Source of the DNA: Lingula anatina
Taxonomy: Eukaryota > Animalia > Brachiopoda
DNA: 64,000 bases
Reading direction: 5' to 3'
Assembly: GCA_051362555.1 (NCBI GenBank)
Contig: CM120649.1
Coordinates: forward strand, 7,874,001 to 7,938,000
Shown: positions 54,647 to 64,000 of the stretch, piece by piece
Position numbering within the stretch: position 1 is the first letter of the stretch
Layout of the letters: the number at the start of each line of letters is the position of its first letter
Made by a program: the position numbers and the translations under genes
The notes under the pieces: generated by a model
Database searches by the model: none
Seen by the model: the letters and a program-made list of their open reading frames with translations, nothing else
What the model was told of the DNA's origin: nothing

Positions 54647-57053
54647 ACATGATGCACCAGCAATGATATACATACGTACATGCATGCAGACAATGACACA
54701 CACACACACACATATATACACAAGTATGGCACATACATTTTGCACGTGTACATTATCACATTCATGCACACGCACACACACACATGCACACACACATACA
54801 AACTGACACGCATGTATACAGTGAGCTTTGAGAACTCTATGAAACTCTGGACAGGTAAAACACCACATGTACTACACTGATAGTAGACGAAGCTTTGAGA
54901 ACTCTATGAAACTCTGGACAGGTAAAACACCACATGTACTACACTGATAGTAGACAAAGCTTTGAGAACTCTATGAAACTCTGGACAGGTAAAACACCAC
55001 ATGTACTACACTGATAGTAGACGAAGCTTTGAGAACTCTATGACACTCTGGACAGGTAAAACACCACATGTACTACACTGATAGTAGAGTGAGCTTTGAG
55101 AACTCTATGAAAACTCTGGACAGGTAAAACACCACATGTACATTTTGATAGTAGAGGAAGCTTTCAGAATTCTCTTAAACTCCATGTATTCAAAACCACT
55201 CCTTACACAATCCCTATCCCTGGGGTTTCCAGACTTCTTGGGTTTGAAAGAGATTGTATATTTTGGTTACAGATCCTATAAGATACCATTGATCTAGCAC
55301 TGCTGTGAGGAGCTGGTCTGCAACATGTTTGCTGCTGGAACATGGCAGGCTCCAACTGCTACACATAAATCTAGACAGATCTAAAGACTTACTTAGGATT
55401 TTCTGATGCTATATTTAACTATTATTTCTCTCATTTACTGTAAGTATCAAAAATGAAATGTAAAACAACTATAAATATTATTATTATCACATTTTTAATT
55501 ATTTTAAAAGACTGATAACTACTTTATTGTTGGACCTTTACTGATGGCCTATGGGTAGACATAGAAATACTTGCTGTGAATATGATGACTTCTTCTAGAT
55601 TAATTATCATTTTTATAGACATGTTAAAATACTATTACTAAATGTCAGAATATTTCAATACTGACAATTAAATTATTTAAGAAAATGTATAAATATATAT
55701 CATACTTTTTGAAAAAAAAACAACAACAACAACAACACAATTTAGCCAGCTGAGTCTTTTTAGAACTTCCAGAAGTTTAAACAATTCAACAAGCTCAGGT
55801 TAGGGCAATATCAGGTACACTATCACTTTTGGGCTTATACAAAACCTCTTCAGTTCTCCCTAGATATTGCAGTGTTTGACCCATTATTAATAAAGTTATA
55901 TCAAAGCACACAGACACACACTATTTGAATCTGAAGTTGTTTTGTGAAGCAAGACACAGCATTATTCTCTGTTCAGTGTGTATGCAGTCATTGATATGAC
56001 TCCCAGCAAGCAAACACATCAGAGGACAAATTATTGGGTGAACATCATTTACTACTCTAACTATTGTAATGGTTCATTTAACAAGGGCTGCACTTCAATT
56101 GATTCATTAAACTAGGCTACTTTATTCATTAAACTAGGGTAGCCCCTTCATTTGTTTAATGTATTTCCCCTTAATTTGCTTTCTCCCCCCCCCCAATTTT
56201 TTTTTTTTTTTTTTTTTTTGCTTCATCCTCAAGTTAATTTTTTAACAGAACAGTACAAAAATTAGACTAGCACGAGCTACATGGCAGAGCAAATGTGCTC
56301 TATATTTATGATAAAGATTATTTCCTTTGGTTTGTATGAGATTCATACTTCTCAATAACTACATTGTAAACAACTCACAGAAATATATTTACTAGTAAAT
56401 TCCAATTTGCCACCAAAACAGCTGTTTTGCAATTATTCTGGAATCTGTGCTTGCCATCAGACCATGTGGACCTTCATAGATGGCTATATCTCCATCATAA
56501 TCTCTTAAGACATTATTACAAAAAAAAAAGAAAAACATTTAAAAAACCTGGTCTGACTTTGAATTTCAGAATAGATTCATTAACCATTGGTGACCGTGAG
56601 TATGGAGAAATTGTCATTTACACCAGATTAATCTGGTTTTTGACCAAACAAACAGTTGCAAGATTCCTTTAATACAGAACAATTTATCTATAATCTTATT
56701 TTTTCCATACAGTAATTTGGCAAAAAATAAAAAAAAAATCAATCCAGTTGAGGCAAAAACTGTGACAGCCAATGTAAAAGAGGACTTCCCAAAATTGTTT
56801 GATTTTGCACATGAAATCTGAAGCCCTTGGTTTCAGAGAATTTTCATTATGGTCATTCATCCAATTCTCAATTAGAACCCATTTCTGGAAATGTTAACTT
56901 TACAGTTAGTTACACAATGAAAGGTTAAATCAAGCTGGTTAAAATGATCCAGAAATGGCTCTGAACTAAAGACTGCATGGAACCAATATCCAGTTCTTGC
57001 CAAAAATCGTCAGCCAAGCAAGCAAAGCAGTAGATAGTTTGCCCTAAAAAAGC

Positions 57054-57094
<41 letters not shown>

Positions 57095-58514
57095 TGATAT
57101 GGCAGTGAGGATAGACCTCCACCTAGCACTGAGATATTGTGGTGCTCATTGAGGGCACAATATCACGATCACTGGCCCTAATGCCCAAATGGATCCCAAT
57201 GGTGATCTTAATCATCACTACTATGGCAACAGGCAGGACAACAAATATCTCCCACCCAGGAAAAAGCGTGAAACTTAACACAACCACTATTAACAGGCAG
57301 GAAAACGTACTGTCACAATTTATTCAATCACCATGGCAAGAGGCAGAACAATTCTCTTCGTCCCAGAACAAGGTGTGAAACTTAATCACTATGGCAACAA
57401 GCAGGACAAAAATTTCCTCCCTCCTACAATAAAGTGTGACAATCCACTCAATCACTATGGCAACAGGCAGGACAACAATTTCCCCCCTCACACAATAAAG
57501 TGTGACAATCACTATGGCAACAGGAGAGATAACAATTCTCTCCATCAAAAAACAAAGTGTCCCACTAAACTCAATCACTGTCCCAGGACATACTGTCACA
57601 CTTAATTTAGTCACTATGGCAACTGGTGGGACAACGATTCTCTCCATATCAGTATGTGGTGTCCCATTTAATTCACTCACTATGGCAGCAGGTGGGACAA
57701 AATTCTCTGCGTCCTAAGGCACAGTGTGTTATTACTATGGCAACATGAGGGACAACAATGTGACTAGATTGGTACAATGTAGCCTTTGGAGACTGTATGT
57801 CTAAATTAAATGGTCACAACTGATCATGATAAGACATTCTTCTTAGGTCACTTTGACCTCTGTGTACATTTTAGAATGTTCATATGTTTATCAGCATTAT
57901 GAAGTCTCACTTTCCAGTCTCCTAGTTTAATAAAATGTTAAGTCCTCTTTTCATTATACTTCATTAACTTTTGTGGATCTCATACAAGTTTTATAATTCT
58001 TCTAAGATACTAGTATATTCTTCCTGAAAGACAGTGACTATTTCTATAAACCTGTCTTCATTTAAAATGTTTCTCTTTCTCACATCCACTTGATTTTTTT
58101 ATTTAATTTCCCACAGAGAAAGTTCAAATCCATTTACATTAGATGGTTACTTTTATTTGTTTCATTTATCTTTTTTAGTGTGTGTGTGTGTGTGTGTGTT
58201 GGGGGGGGGGGTCATAAAATCTTCTTAAAGTCTTTCTTCCTGGTCAGCTAAAGACATCTGACTTGAAGTAGTATTACACCTCATATTTTAAAGCAGGCTT
58301 GTACAGTACTTAAATCTCTCTTATGATTTCTGATATCACAACTGTGAACTAGTACTGATAAAACCATTCCCACAAATAGTTGCATGCCAGCTGGCACATT
58401 AAAGAAAAAATCCATTTCTTTATGTTTCACAAAGCAGTTGGTCACTGAGCACAACAGAAAGGTCACTCCATTAATTTAATGCCTATACTGGACACACACA
58501 CACACACACACACA

Positions 58515-58554
<40 letters not shown>

Positions 58555-59164
58555 CACACATACACACAAAGACAGCCTAAATAATCTTCTTCATGTGTGA
58601 ATGTAAATGTCCTGTCGTTCCTCATTCAAATGTAATGGTACCTTCAAGTTAAATGTATAAAGTATATCTACAATGTACCTGTTTAATGTGCACCTACAGC
58701 TGAAGGGTAAACTGATCGGCAACATACAGGTGTCTGTGTCATGATGTGACCCAGTTTGTCCCTCAGTAGCGTAAATAAATGCAGGCATGCATACTTAAGC
58801 GGGATCCCACTGCCAACTGTCATGCAAGACAGATCCAAATTCCTCTCTCTCTCTCTCTTCCTTTTGCTCACACGGGTTAAAACGGCTTAACCAAGTCCTT
58901 GATCAAATTACAAAAGGAGATTCATGGCATTATAAAGAAAAGGTGTGAAATACACATCTTGAGACTTGATGAAGTTTTACCCAAAGGCACGAATACACCA
59001 ATACATGTTTACTCAGCAACATGCACACAGATGAATCCAGATTAACATATTTACATACACATAACCAAGCATGCACTAATGCACACGCACACTCACACAC
59101 ACACGCACACACATGCACAGAGAGAGAGAGAGAGAGCCTTACTCGTAATCAGAAACACACATCC

Positions 59165-59224
<60 letters not shown>

Positions 59225-59992
59225 CCAAGCATACATGCATGGCGTACATATACCCAAGCATGGACGCACGTATTAAGTATGCAAATGAGCACACACACAC
59301 ACACAAACACATACACACACTGTGAGAGAGACATGTACTAGTACATACAGACACAGCTGACACTGGGTAGACATTTCTAAGTGGCAGTATCTGGGAACCC
59401 TGTACATAATTCCCAACCTTCTGTTGCAACACTGCCAACAATTAAGCTCAAGTATTGATCAGCGGAAGATGTGTTGACAGTTAACTTGGACTAGTCACTG
59501 CACATAGCCGCTTTTACTTCCCAGGTGAAATACTTTCCCAGGAGCAATGTGCACAACTCAACTAAGCACAGCAACATAAGACAGGTGTGCTTTCATCACC
59601 TGTGCCACAACTGTTTAGACCGTAAACATCTGACAGCGGCTTTTAGGAGATTTTATAACATTACCAAGGAGACGACTCAAGCAAGTTCAATACGATAAAA
59701 ACGCTTTAACAAACTCCACATCACATTGACGACAGATGTCACATTAACAGTGTTACTAGCGAAGAAAATATTTCAAGTTACAGTTCATTATTATTTGTTA
59801 TTACGGACCAAAGCGTTAATAACATTAACGGTCTGTAGACTGTGTTTCAAATGGAAGCATTAAGCAAATATATCATGGAAGTCAATGAGACATTTCAACC
59901 TCCTGACATAACCTGAAGTGAAAGTTAACCTGTCCGACCACAATGTCAACACGACAGTGCAGGCGGCACTCACCTTGGCGTCTCACAGGCAT
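4427..59992 (-). CDS. dlg1: Discs large 1-like MAGUK scaffold, 5' part (12 exons: L27, PDZ1, PDZ2); gene continues past the left edge
   Basis: Exons 59974-59992, 49093-49224, 44772-44902, 26263-26469, 15854-15892, 14085-14135, 13419-13543, 13054-13156, 6103-6172, 5533-5669, 5145-5310, 4427-4562 all have AG/GT boundaries and join in frame. They give [18 protein letters not shown]...FQALLDIQEFYE...[27 protein letters not shown]...[20 protein letters not shown]...EDIPR, the recognisable DLG1 N-terminal half. Confidence 0.97.
4775..5218 (-). repeat. 78-bp tandem repeat, about 5.6 copies, made of the exon 11 3' end plus donor site
   Basis: Period 78 (ttacctgtgt recurs at 4829, 4907, 4985, 5063, 5141); translates as [26 protein letters not shown] repeats. 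Confidence 0.97.
5145..5310 (-). CDS. dlg1: dlg1 exon 11, PDZ2 C-terminal part (3' boundary ambiguous: five equivalent donors)
   Basis: tttttag|[36 protein letters not shown]...PTPDT G|gtaaga; identical donors follow at 5067, 4989, 4911 and 4833. Confidence 0.93.
5533..5669 (-). CDS. dlg1: dlg1 exon 10, PDZ2
   Basis: [46 protein letters not shown]; tttcag|137 nt|gtgagt. Confidence 0.97.
6103..6172 (-). CDS. dlg1: dlg1 exon 9, PDZ1-PDZ2 junction
   Basis: [23 protein letters not shown](G); tttcag|70 nt|gtaagg. Confidence 0.94.
6359..8179 (-). mobile_element. Older Helentron/HINE-like element of a different family
   Basis: caag + gcagc-aaa-gctgt hairpin + atgtacagaca subterminal repeat at one end; (cggcat)n microsatellite and palindrome atgtacagacacatctgtgtctgtacat at the other; diverged internal tandem units of roughly 160-315 bp. 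Confidence 0.65.
9813..10365. mobile_element. PIF/Harbinger-type MITE
   Basis: TIR ccccgttcacactac / gtagtgtgaacgggg; TTA target duplication on both sides. Confidence 0.85.
10959..12332 (+). CDS. Intronless RING finger + NHL-repeat protein (TRIM2/TRIM3-like E3 ligase), nested antisense in a dlg1 intron
   Basis: 457-aa ORF. C3HC4 RING CSIC...[10 protein letters not shown]...CPVC followed by LKKNF. C-terminal NHL repeats ([35 protein letters not shown]). AATAAA at 12328 and 12439. Confidence 0.93.
   Translation: MAEALAAAFKDNLLTCSICLGEYEDPRVLPCYHTFCYGCIFYHSKRTLTQKRTFLCPVCREEIQFPVGGLTQLKKNFVLSKAKDTITQQQACTGALESGQPNIAAVTQAIAQMTTSSDSDITIHTKALTEILAGMEKMSVPTPDTTTQISYSPGEISIARQEAMLGEMTVQLEPLRLGTDLCSATYPPVFLEKAKCVHSFSTRLKCDKIMFLNGLAIDKEHVFIVNSDSDIKYYRTNVFTHEGQFKFDIKLNDPFDVAVSQTGHLYITSQGEKCVKVYSTRGKKVKDIGLGKLEEPYGITLNRQGHVMVCHLKKKSIFTFHADSGQLLKIIPLTVCRCPAYITVNSVNDDVVVSDWGSDCVHVLSPTGNCLYQYGTQGSGDGQLWGSYGVCTDGYGHIFVADCQNHRIVALSPKGQFIRYIATEDDGLSYPRALEINPAGQLVVAEDNLVKTFQYLE
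12755..12910 (-). mobile_element. Terminal fragment of the same family as 6359-8179
   Basis: Aligns to about 8000-8179, including cagacgcaggtgatg and the gtacagacaca...tgtgtctgtacat palindrome. Confidence 0.7.
13054..13156 (-). CDS. dlg1: dlg1 exon 8, PDZ1 C-terminal part
   Basis: (R)[34 protein letters not shown]; tttcag|103 nt|gtgaga. Confidence 0.96.
13419..13543 (-). CDS. dlg1: dlg1 exon 7, PDZ1
   Basis: [41 protein letters not shown]; ccag|125 nt|gttggt. Confidence 0.97.
13770..14088. repeat. 22-bp minisatellite, about 14.5 copies, overlapping the exon 6 donor
   Basis: Unit ccttgcYatctgtatcaccYac. Confidence 0.95.
14085..14135 (-). CDS. dlg1: dlg1 exon 6 ([17 protein letters not shown]), start of PDZ1
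   Basis: tttcag|51 nt|gtaggt; conserved EYEEIxLER motif. Confidence 0.95.
15854..15892 (-). CDS. dlg1: dlg1 small exon 5 ([13 protein letters not shown])
   Basis: tttccag|39 nt|gtaagt; phase 0-0, open frame, located just before the xNG-EYEEI exon. Confidence 0.7.
17778..17903 (-). CDS. dlg1: Candidate alternative first exon ([42 protein letters not shown])
   Basis: ATG to AAT|gtgagt, 126 nt, phase 0; GC-rich stretch directly upstream. Confidence 0.45.
20548..20661 (-). CDS. dlg1: Candidate alternative first exon ([38 protein letters not shown])
   Basis: aagATG to CCA|gtaagt, 114 nt, phase 0. Confidence 0.55.
21601..21669 (-). CDS. dlg1: Candidate alternative first exon ([23 protein letters not shown]); second in-frame donor at 21523
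   Basis: ATG to |gtaagt in phase 0; CpG-rich relative to the surrounding intron. Confidence 0.55.
22702..22935. mobile_element. Degraded MITE related to the 33315 and 34750 copies
   Basis: gggctcattcc start; ctcttgctgaatgcaatcag ... ttgcattcagctagag arms. Confidence 0.6.
23461..24815. repeat. 46-47 bp minisatellite, about 29 copies
   Basis: Unit ccagtaaatggaggccactctgggggtccaacacagtggtcaacact, head-to-tail with no spacers. Confidence 0.97.
26263..26469 (-). CDS. dlg1: dlg1 exon 4, Pro/Thr-rich (PEST-like) linker
   Basis: ttttcag|[17 protein letters not shown]...[10 protein letters not shown]|gtaagc; 207 nt, phase 0-0; start resembles the vertebrate KYRYQDEDTPP exon. Confidence 0.88.
29780..29990. 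repeat. 56-bp tandem repeat, about 3.5 copies
   Basis: gtcacaggtttgaaccaggggcgagcaggaattctaagtgtaaatgtgacaag at 29828, 29884, 29940. Confidence 0.88.
30803..31015. mobile_element. Palindromic MITE (Harbinger-like)
   Basis: Imperfect long inverted repeat ttcacatgaaaaatctattttctaaaaatct ... agatttttagaaaatagattttgcatgtgaa. Confidence 0.75.
31237..31707. mobile_element. Palindromic MITE interrupted by a younger MITE (31298-31512, TAA TSD)
   Basis: Host ends ttccatacc ... ggtatgggaa with a central palindrome; insert gggcgtattcccagag...ctctgggcatggggtc flanked by taa. Confidence 0.7.
33315..33493. mobile_element. Harbinger-type MITE
   Basis: gggctcattcccaatg ... cattgggaatgaaccc with TAA TSD; related to about 22702-22935. 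Confidence 0.8.
34750..35007. mobile_element. MITE of the same family as 40843-41083
   Basis: tcccataaacacca ... tggtgtctatgggaatggggc; shared internal aactctgcggggactct palindrome arms. Confidence 0.75.
35933..36158. mobile_element. Harbinger-type MITE, inverted homologue of 31298-31512
   Basis: Shares tagatcgatcta, aattacccccttacagct and taatctagtgagactcccc with 31298-31512 in reverse complement. Confidence 0.75.
36178..37143. mobile_element. Non-autonomous DNA transposon, IS3EU-like
   Basis: Long TIRs (about 230 bp) starting TACGGAGCTTTGTTAGTATCA and ending GCTCCGTA, containing ttttcaccgcggtgaaaa palindromic repeats; 6-bp TSD taaacc. Confidence 0.8.
38979..39023 (-). CDS. dlg1: Candidate alternative first exon of dlg1 ([15 protein letters not shown]), alpha-type N-terminus
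   Basis: aacATG...AAG|gtgagt, 45 nt, phase 0, compatible with exon 4; GC-richer promoter-like sequence upstream (about 39100-39500). Confidence 0.7.
40843..41083. mobile_element. Harbinger-type MITE
   Basis: gaccccattcccatagacacca ... tggtgtttatgggaatggagtc with TTA TSD. Confidence 0.8.
42358..43663. mobile_element. Non-autonomous hAT-like DNA transposon
   Basis: TIR cagactttacgaaagg / cctttcgtaaagtctg; subterminal gtcgga/gtctga repeats; flanking duplication gggttt. Confidence 0.8.
44772..44902 (-). CDS. dlg1: dlg1 exon 3, end of L27 domain
   Basis: tttcag|(D)[43 protein letters not shown]|gtaagt; phase 1-0. Confidence 0.95.
44961..47265 (-). mobile_element. Non-autonomous Helentron/HINE (DINE-1-like) element with about 8 copies of a 146-bp internal satellite
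   Basis: CTAG end with gaggcg-atac-cgcctc hairpin nearby; subterminal inverted repeats attgtaccaccagc / gctggtggtacaat; terminal palindrome; (ggagccggc)n microsatellite; central tandem array about 45177-46303. Confidence 0.85.
48180..48330. repeat. AT-rich tandem repeat of about 37 bp, about 4 copies
   Basis: acttattaatatttttaatatgtactggtatac. Confidence 0.8.
48900..49083. mobile_element. Palindromic MITE-like inverted repeat abutting the exon 2 donor
   Basis: agaacagcagaccaatagatccgtggatcaaatatg ... catatttgatccgtggatctgttagtctgctgttct. Confidence 0.7.
49093..49224 (-). CDS. dlg1: dlg1 exon 2, L27 domain
   Basis: tttcag|(D)[43 protein letters not shown]|gtgagt; 132 nt, phase 1-1. Confidence 0.97.
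50162..53819 (-). mobile_element. Second copy of the same Helentron/HINE family with about 17 copies of the 146-bp satellite
   Basis: Same termini and body as 44961-47265, same orientation; array about 50367-52812 with period 146. Confidence 0.85.
54823..55170. repeat. 67-bp tandem repeat, about 5 copies
   Basis: gctttgagaactctatgaaactctggacaggtaaaacaccacatgtactacactgatagtagac. Confidence 0.95.
57210..57760. repeat. Degenerate tandem repeat with conserved core cactatggcaaca
   Basis: About 8 recurrences of the core or close variants with irregular spacing. Confidence 0.75.
58493..59330. repeat. Microsatellite cluster: (CA)n, (GA)n, (TA)n
   Basis: Directly visible; similar tracts at about 3315-3410, 14780-14840, 37190-37255, 40528-40583, 54600-54800, 62533-62590. 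Confidence 0.95.
59974..59992 (-). CDS. dlg1: dlg1 coding exon 1 (MPVRRQ, start of L27 isoform)
   Basis: ATG CCT GTG AGA CGC CAA G|gtgagt; matches the MPVRKQ start of DLG1; phase 1. Confidence 0.93.
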
Positions 59993-60169
59993 CGCGATCA
60001 CAATTTCTACTTCTCTCTATCCACCGGCTGTGCTCACACCCACTTTGGAATCACCCCTCTCAATTAAAATCTGGGCGTCGGAAATTTGTGAAAAAATCCT
60101 CAGATATTCTCCTTGCGTAAGCCGACAAGGCACGGCTAGAGATCGTTGTTCCTGATTCTCAGATTCTGA

Positions 60170-60310
60170 GAAATCTACGCCGACATTCAACTGCCTCTGT
60201 ATCCACTAAGAGGTGTTTTGTTCTGTCCAATATGGCGGCTGTTTGAAAACGATGAGTGTCACGTGACCGAGGGATCATCAATTATATCCAAGTCCCCAGC
60301 GACCTGCTGC
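60170..60310 (-). promoter_or_regulatory. Probable dlg1 main promoter
   Basis: CpG-rich patch about 200-300 bp upstream of the ATG, with a YY1-like aatatggcggc (about 60229) and an E-box gtcacgtgac (about 60258). Confidence 0.55.
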
Positions 60311-62531
60311 TGTCGTTTCCGATCTGTTATCAATTTATTAAGAAATATAAAGCGCATGCTGCAAAACAAAGTGCAAAGCTGTATTTTTATAGATGCAAAC
60401 TGGGTGAAAAAAATTTGCGATCGTCACCAGTATAAACTTTACACACATACATAGGCCTATACCGTAGGTGCATTTGTATTTAATTTTTTTCATTCGCAAA
60501 TTGATGCTCTAAATAAATGACTGAATTTATAATAGGTGGATAGCTAAATGAGTGATAAAAAATGAATTTATTAATTTAAAAAGCGTAGGCCTGTGCATGA
60601 ATTGCAGGTATCCGCGCGTCGAGAGAGAGAGAGAGTGTGTAAAATGTATCTGAAGCATTTTTTAAAGCACTCAATAATGTATAAAGTGAGATATAATATG
60701 GCCCAAATCCGCCAATGAAAGGGTCCTTGGTGCAAAAGACATTGAGTTATTTAAACCTAAACCTAGCTAGAGAAGCACAAAGAGAGTGCTGACAACCCCC
60801 TATCTAGGTTTCTTATCTCACTTTTAAAAGTTACCGGTATTAATTACCTACGTAGTTAAAAAATCATTAACTCAGTTATCCTAATAAGTAATACATTATT
60901 GATCAACTGATTATTTAATAATTCCGATCACCTTTATTTTTTTTAATTTAATGACTGGTTAAATGGTTGACATCATATCAATTAACATTAGTTATAATGA
61001 CACTTATAAATGGTTATCCCATATTGGACCTATCCCGAAAATTTCATCACAATTCATCCAAAATAAAACTTTTCTGAGTTATTACTGAGTAAGTAGTAGT
61101 ACTGTAGGCCTAGTAGTAGTAGTAGTAGTAGTAGTAGCAGCTACCATCGGTAGTGGCATTAAAATAATACACTTTACTTGCATCTCAACACTGTAGGCCC
61201 CTACAATGTATAATTAATAAATGAGTATAATACAACAGAAAGTCAAAGTTACTGGCTAAAATCTTTCTATCAAAACCATGTAAACATATTACAAACTATT
61301 CTAAATGAGCAAAATAATCTTTATTAGCTTATATTGGAATCTCAATCATGAAATTATTTGACATAAGCTGGAAAATTTATCCGACCAGGTTGGCCGCAAG
61401 CTGAAAGAAAGAAAGTTCCAAGGTTGTATAAAATATTGAATTATAAGATTAAAAGTATTCTCCAAATATTCTAAGAACGGGGACTACGTACAATGGATGT
61501 AAATAGCGTTAAAAAGAAATTTAAATGAAGGCTTGTTACAAATATATTTTACTGTTTTTCTTATCTTTTCTTTAGGATAGAAGAAATGGATTTAGTTGTC
61601 ACTACTTGTAAATGTGTGGTTTCTGGTTCTGATAATGGTATGGAAGTACTAAGAAATAGTTAAAAGGGTAACGTATGTAAGAGCTTGGAAGTATACTTGG
61701 GTATCGCCTATAGATACATAAGAGCCTGAAGTTATAATGGGGTTGTATGGGCTATTCGTGAGAGAAGTAGCGTGAATACTTGGCAGGGCTCGACATCAAC
61801 TTTTTGAGGCACTTGTCCGATTGGCAAGTAGGTCTGAAAACCTGGGGGGGGGGGGGGGGAGGAGGGGTTACATGTATATAAAATATTTTCAAATAGTGTG
61901 TGTGCTACAGAAACTTAATTTTCCCATTCAAAAATTACATTTTTAACTTAACAGTGTTTAAGCTTGTTACTACAAGTAAAGGACTCCAAATACTTATAAC
62001 GTAAAATTTTCATGTTTCTAGGAAGGGGGAGGGGAGATTTCTAAGAAAACTTTGAAGTTTTGATGGCGGAAGGTGGATTTTGATTGACTCTCCCCCTAGA
62101 AAATAACATTAATTTGAAGTTTCCGTAGGGCATGTACATGACCACCACTTTTGTGGAACCCATAAGTACTATAAATCCAGAACTTTATAAATAGACCCAG
62201 ATTTATGGCCAGTGCAATCCAATATCTGGGTGGTTTACCAATTGAAAATTAAAGTTTAAAACTGAAAAAATTAAAGGTAATGAAAACTGGCCTTTGTAAT
62301 GCAGGACATGACAAAAAACTATTCTCAGACACTTGCAGCGTGGATTAAGGTCTGGGGGGGGGGGGGGTGAGGGGAGATCAAAATTTAAAAATAATGGGGT
62401 TGGGAGCTTTCCATTTATAGATCATTTGAAATAGTGTGTTGCTGTGTGTATTAGGGGTGGGTGGGTGGGTGACGTAACAGAAGTTTAATTGTCCCACTCA
62501 AAAACGACATTTTTCAAACAGTGAGTGCTTG

Positions 62532-62593
<62 letters not shown>

Positions 62594-63288
62594 CCAAGGC
62601 TGGAAGTAGGGCCTATACCCCGGTACATGTATAGGTGAGAGACTGGAAGTTGGGCCTATATATGTGACAGATTGGAAACAGGGCCTATGTTCCCCACTGC
62701 CACAATAAAAATAAGCGAGATCGACACTAGGAATTTTATAAGCTCCCAACAGACCAGTCAGAATGATAAATACGGGTAGACAACATCGGAAATTCCCAAA
62801 AGAAAGGGAAGTTTAGCAGGTTTGGGCCAAGAATAGGGCACGAAACATTTTGAAGGCGGGAAGAAACCTATAATATTAAAGGGATAATAACTGTTCGTTT
62901 TGTCCAAAAATGAATTTTCCCGGAGTAAACAACAATTTTCCCATACTAACCAATGGTTAACAGATCCATTTCTTCATTCAAAGTTAATCCCTGATTTTTT
63001 TCTAAAAAGTTTGGTTTTATGTTATAATCTCTTAAGAGATTATTACAGAGTATAGCCATCATTGGACGTCACGTGGTCTGATGACAAGCACAGATATCAG
63101 AATAATAGCTATAACTGCCGTTTTTGTGGTAAAACAGAATATATAATGTTTCTATGAGTTGTTTACAATGTTTTTATTTTGAAATATAGATCTTATACGA
63201 AGATTTATTAACCCTTTATAAGACCAACGATGTTTCAATAAAAAAAGTATAGTTAATTGGGGGAGTGGGGACCTTGGCAAGATAACCG

Positions 63289-63720
63289 TTGCGTATCAGT
63301 GAATATGAGATGTCTAAAAATGCAAAAAGAGACATCGGAGGTCACGATGACCTTTCCTACTGTACTTTATATTCAGATACTAACAAAATGCTAAAATCTT
63401 TGATTAAAAAAAATACTGGGATTATTAATGAAATGGAAGGAAAAGTGTGCGATCTTCAAAAAGAATTTTCAGAGAAATTCAAGAATCTTAAGTAATAGCG
63501 GGCAACAGACAAAAAAGAATCTAGGAGAAAACGATCTGTGGAAAGAACATTGTGAAGATCCGAAATAATTGAAGAAGATGAAAGACAGAAAACACTTTTA
63601 GCATGAAGTTGTGGAAAAAAGAAACCAGAAGCTGTTAAGTTTTACACAGGGTTTGCTACTCATCAAGAATTCAAGAACTTTCATGACTTCTTATATCCAG
63701 ACGTTACTGATGGGTACTCA
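63289..63720 (+). pseudogene. Degraded transposase fragment (ISL2EU/Harbinger-related), interrupted by a MITE
   Basis: EAVKFYTGFATHQEFKNFHDFLYPD at about 63628-63702; the FYTG motif after a coiled-coil-like stretch is typical of these proteins; stop codons present. Confidence 0.4.
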
Positions 63721-63724
63721 GTAC

Positions 63725-63993
63725 CAGTGGCGGATTTAGAGGGGGGTCAGGGGGGTCCTGACCCCCCTTCAGTCTCTGAAAAAAAAACACAAATTTTCCC
63801 CTCTTGGAATATTAGTATTAGACTTGCTGATTTATAGTTCTAATTCGCACCAAAAGGCTTCGTTCGCCCTCTAAAATACCAAAAATTTTCGGGGCCCTTC
63901 ACCGAACACCAAACCAAAGGAAGGGTGGGAAAGGGGGGTCAGATTGGCCTCGAATCTGCGCCCCCCCTTCAAATATTCCTGGATCCGCCCCTG
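63725..63993. mobile_element. hAT-like MITE
   Basis: cagtggcggattta ... ggatccgcccctg termini with G- and C-run subterminal regions. Confidence 0.75.
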
Positions 63994-64000
63994 TGTACTA

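Noticed and set aside
61783-62340. Complete hAT MITE starting cagggctcgac
   Set aside because: Only a left end is evident; no matching right TIR or TSD found.

Overview
AT-rich, microsatellite- and transposon-rich animal genomic DNA, inferred to be lophotrochozoan and probably mollusc. Nearly the whole window is the 5' part of a discs large (dlg1/SAP97-like MAGUK) gene on the minus strand. I traced 12 phase-compatible GT-AG exons by hand from the ATG at 59992 to 4427 (1316 nt): L27 domain, Pro/Thr-rich linker, PDZ1, PDZ2 and the linker ending EDIPR. PDZ3, SH3 and GK must lie beyond the left edge. An intronless RING+NHL (TRIM2/3-like, no B-box) gene sits on the plus strand inside a dlg1 intron. 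The introns carry Helentron/HINE-type elements with 146-bp satellites, PIF/Harbinger MITEs, an IS3EU-like element, a hAT-like element and several minisatellites. Three observations stand out. (1) A battery of candidate alternative first exons encodes different Cys/basic N-termini. (2) A 78-bp tandem array duplicates the exon end plus splice donor five times in frame. (3) Tandem duplications are repeatedly anchored on dlg1 splice donors. Isoform claims are predictions from sequence only and need transcript data.
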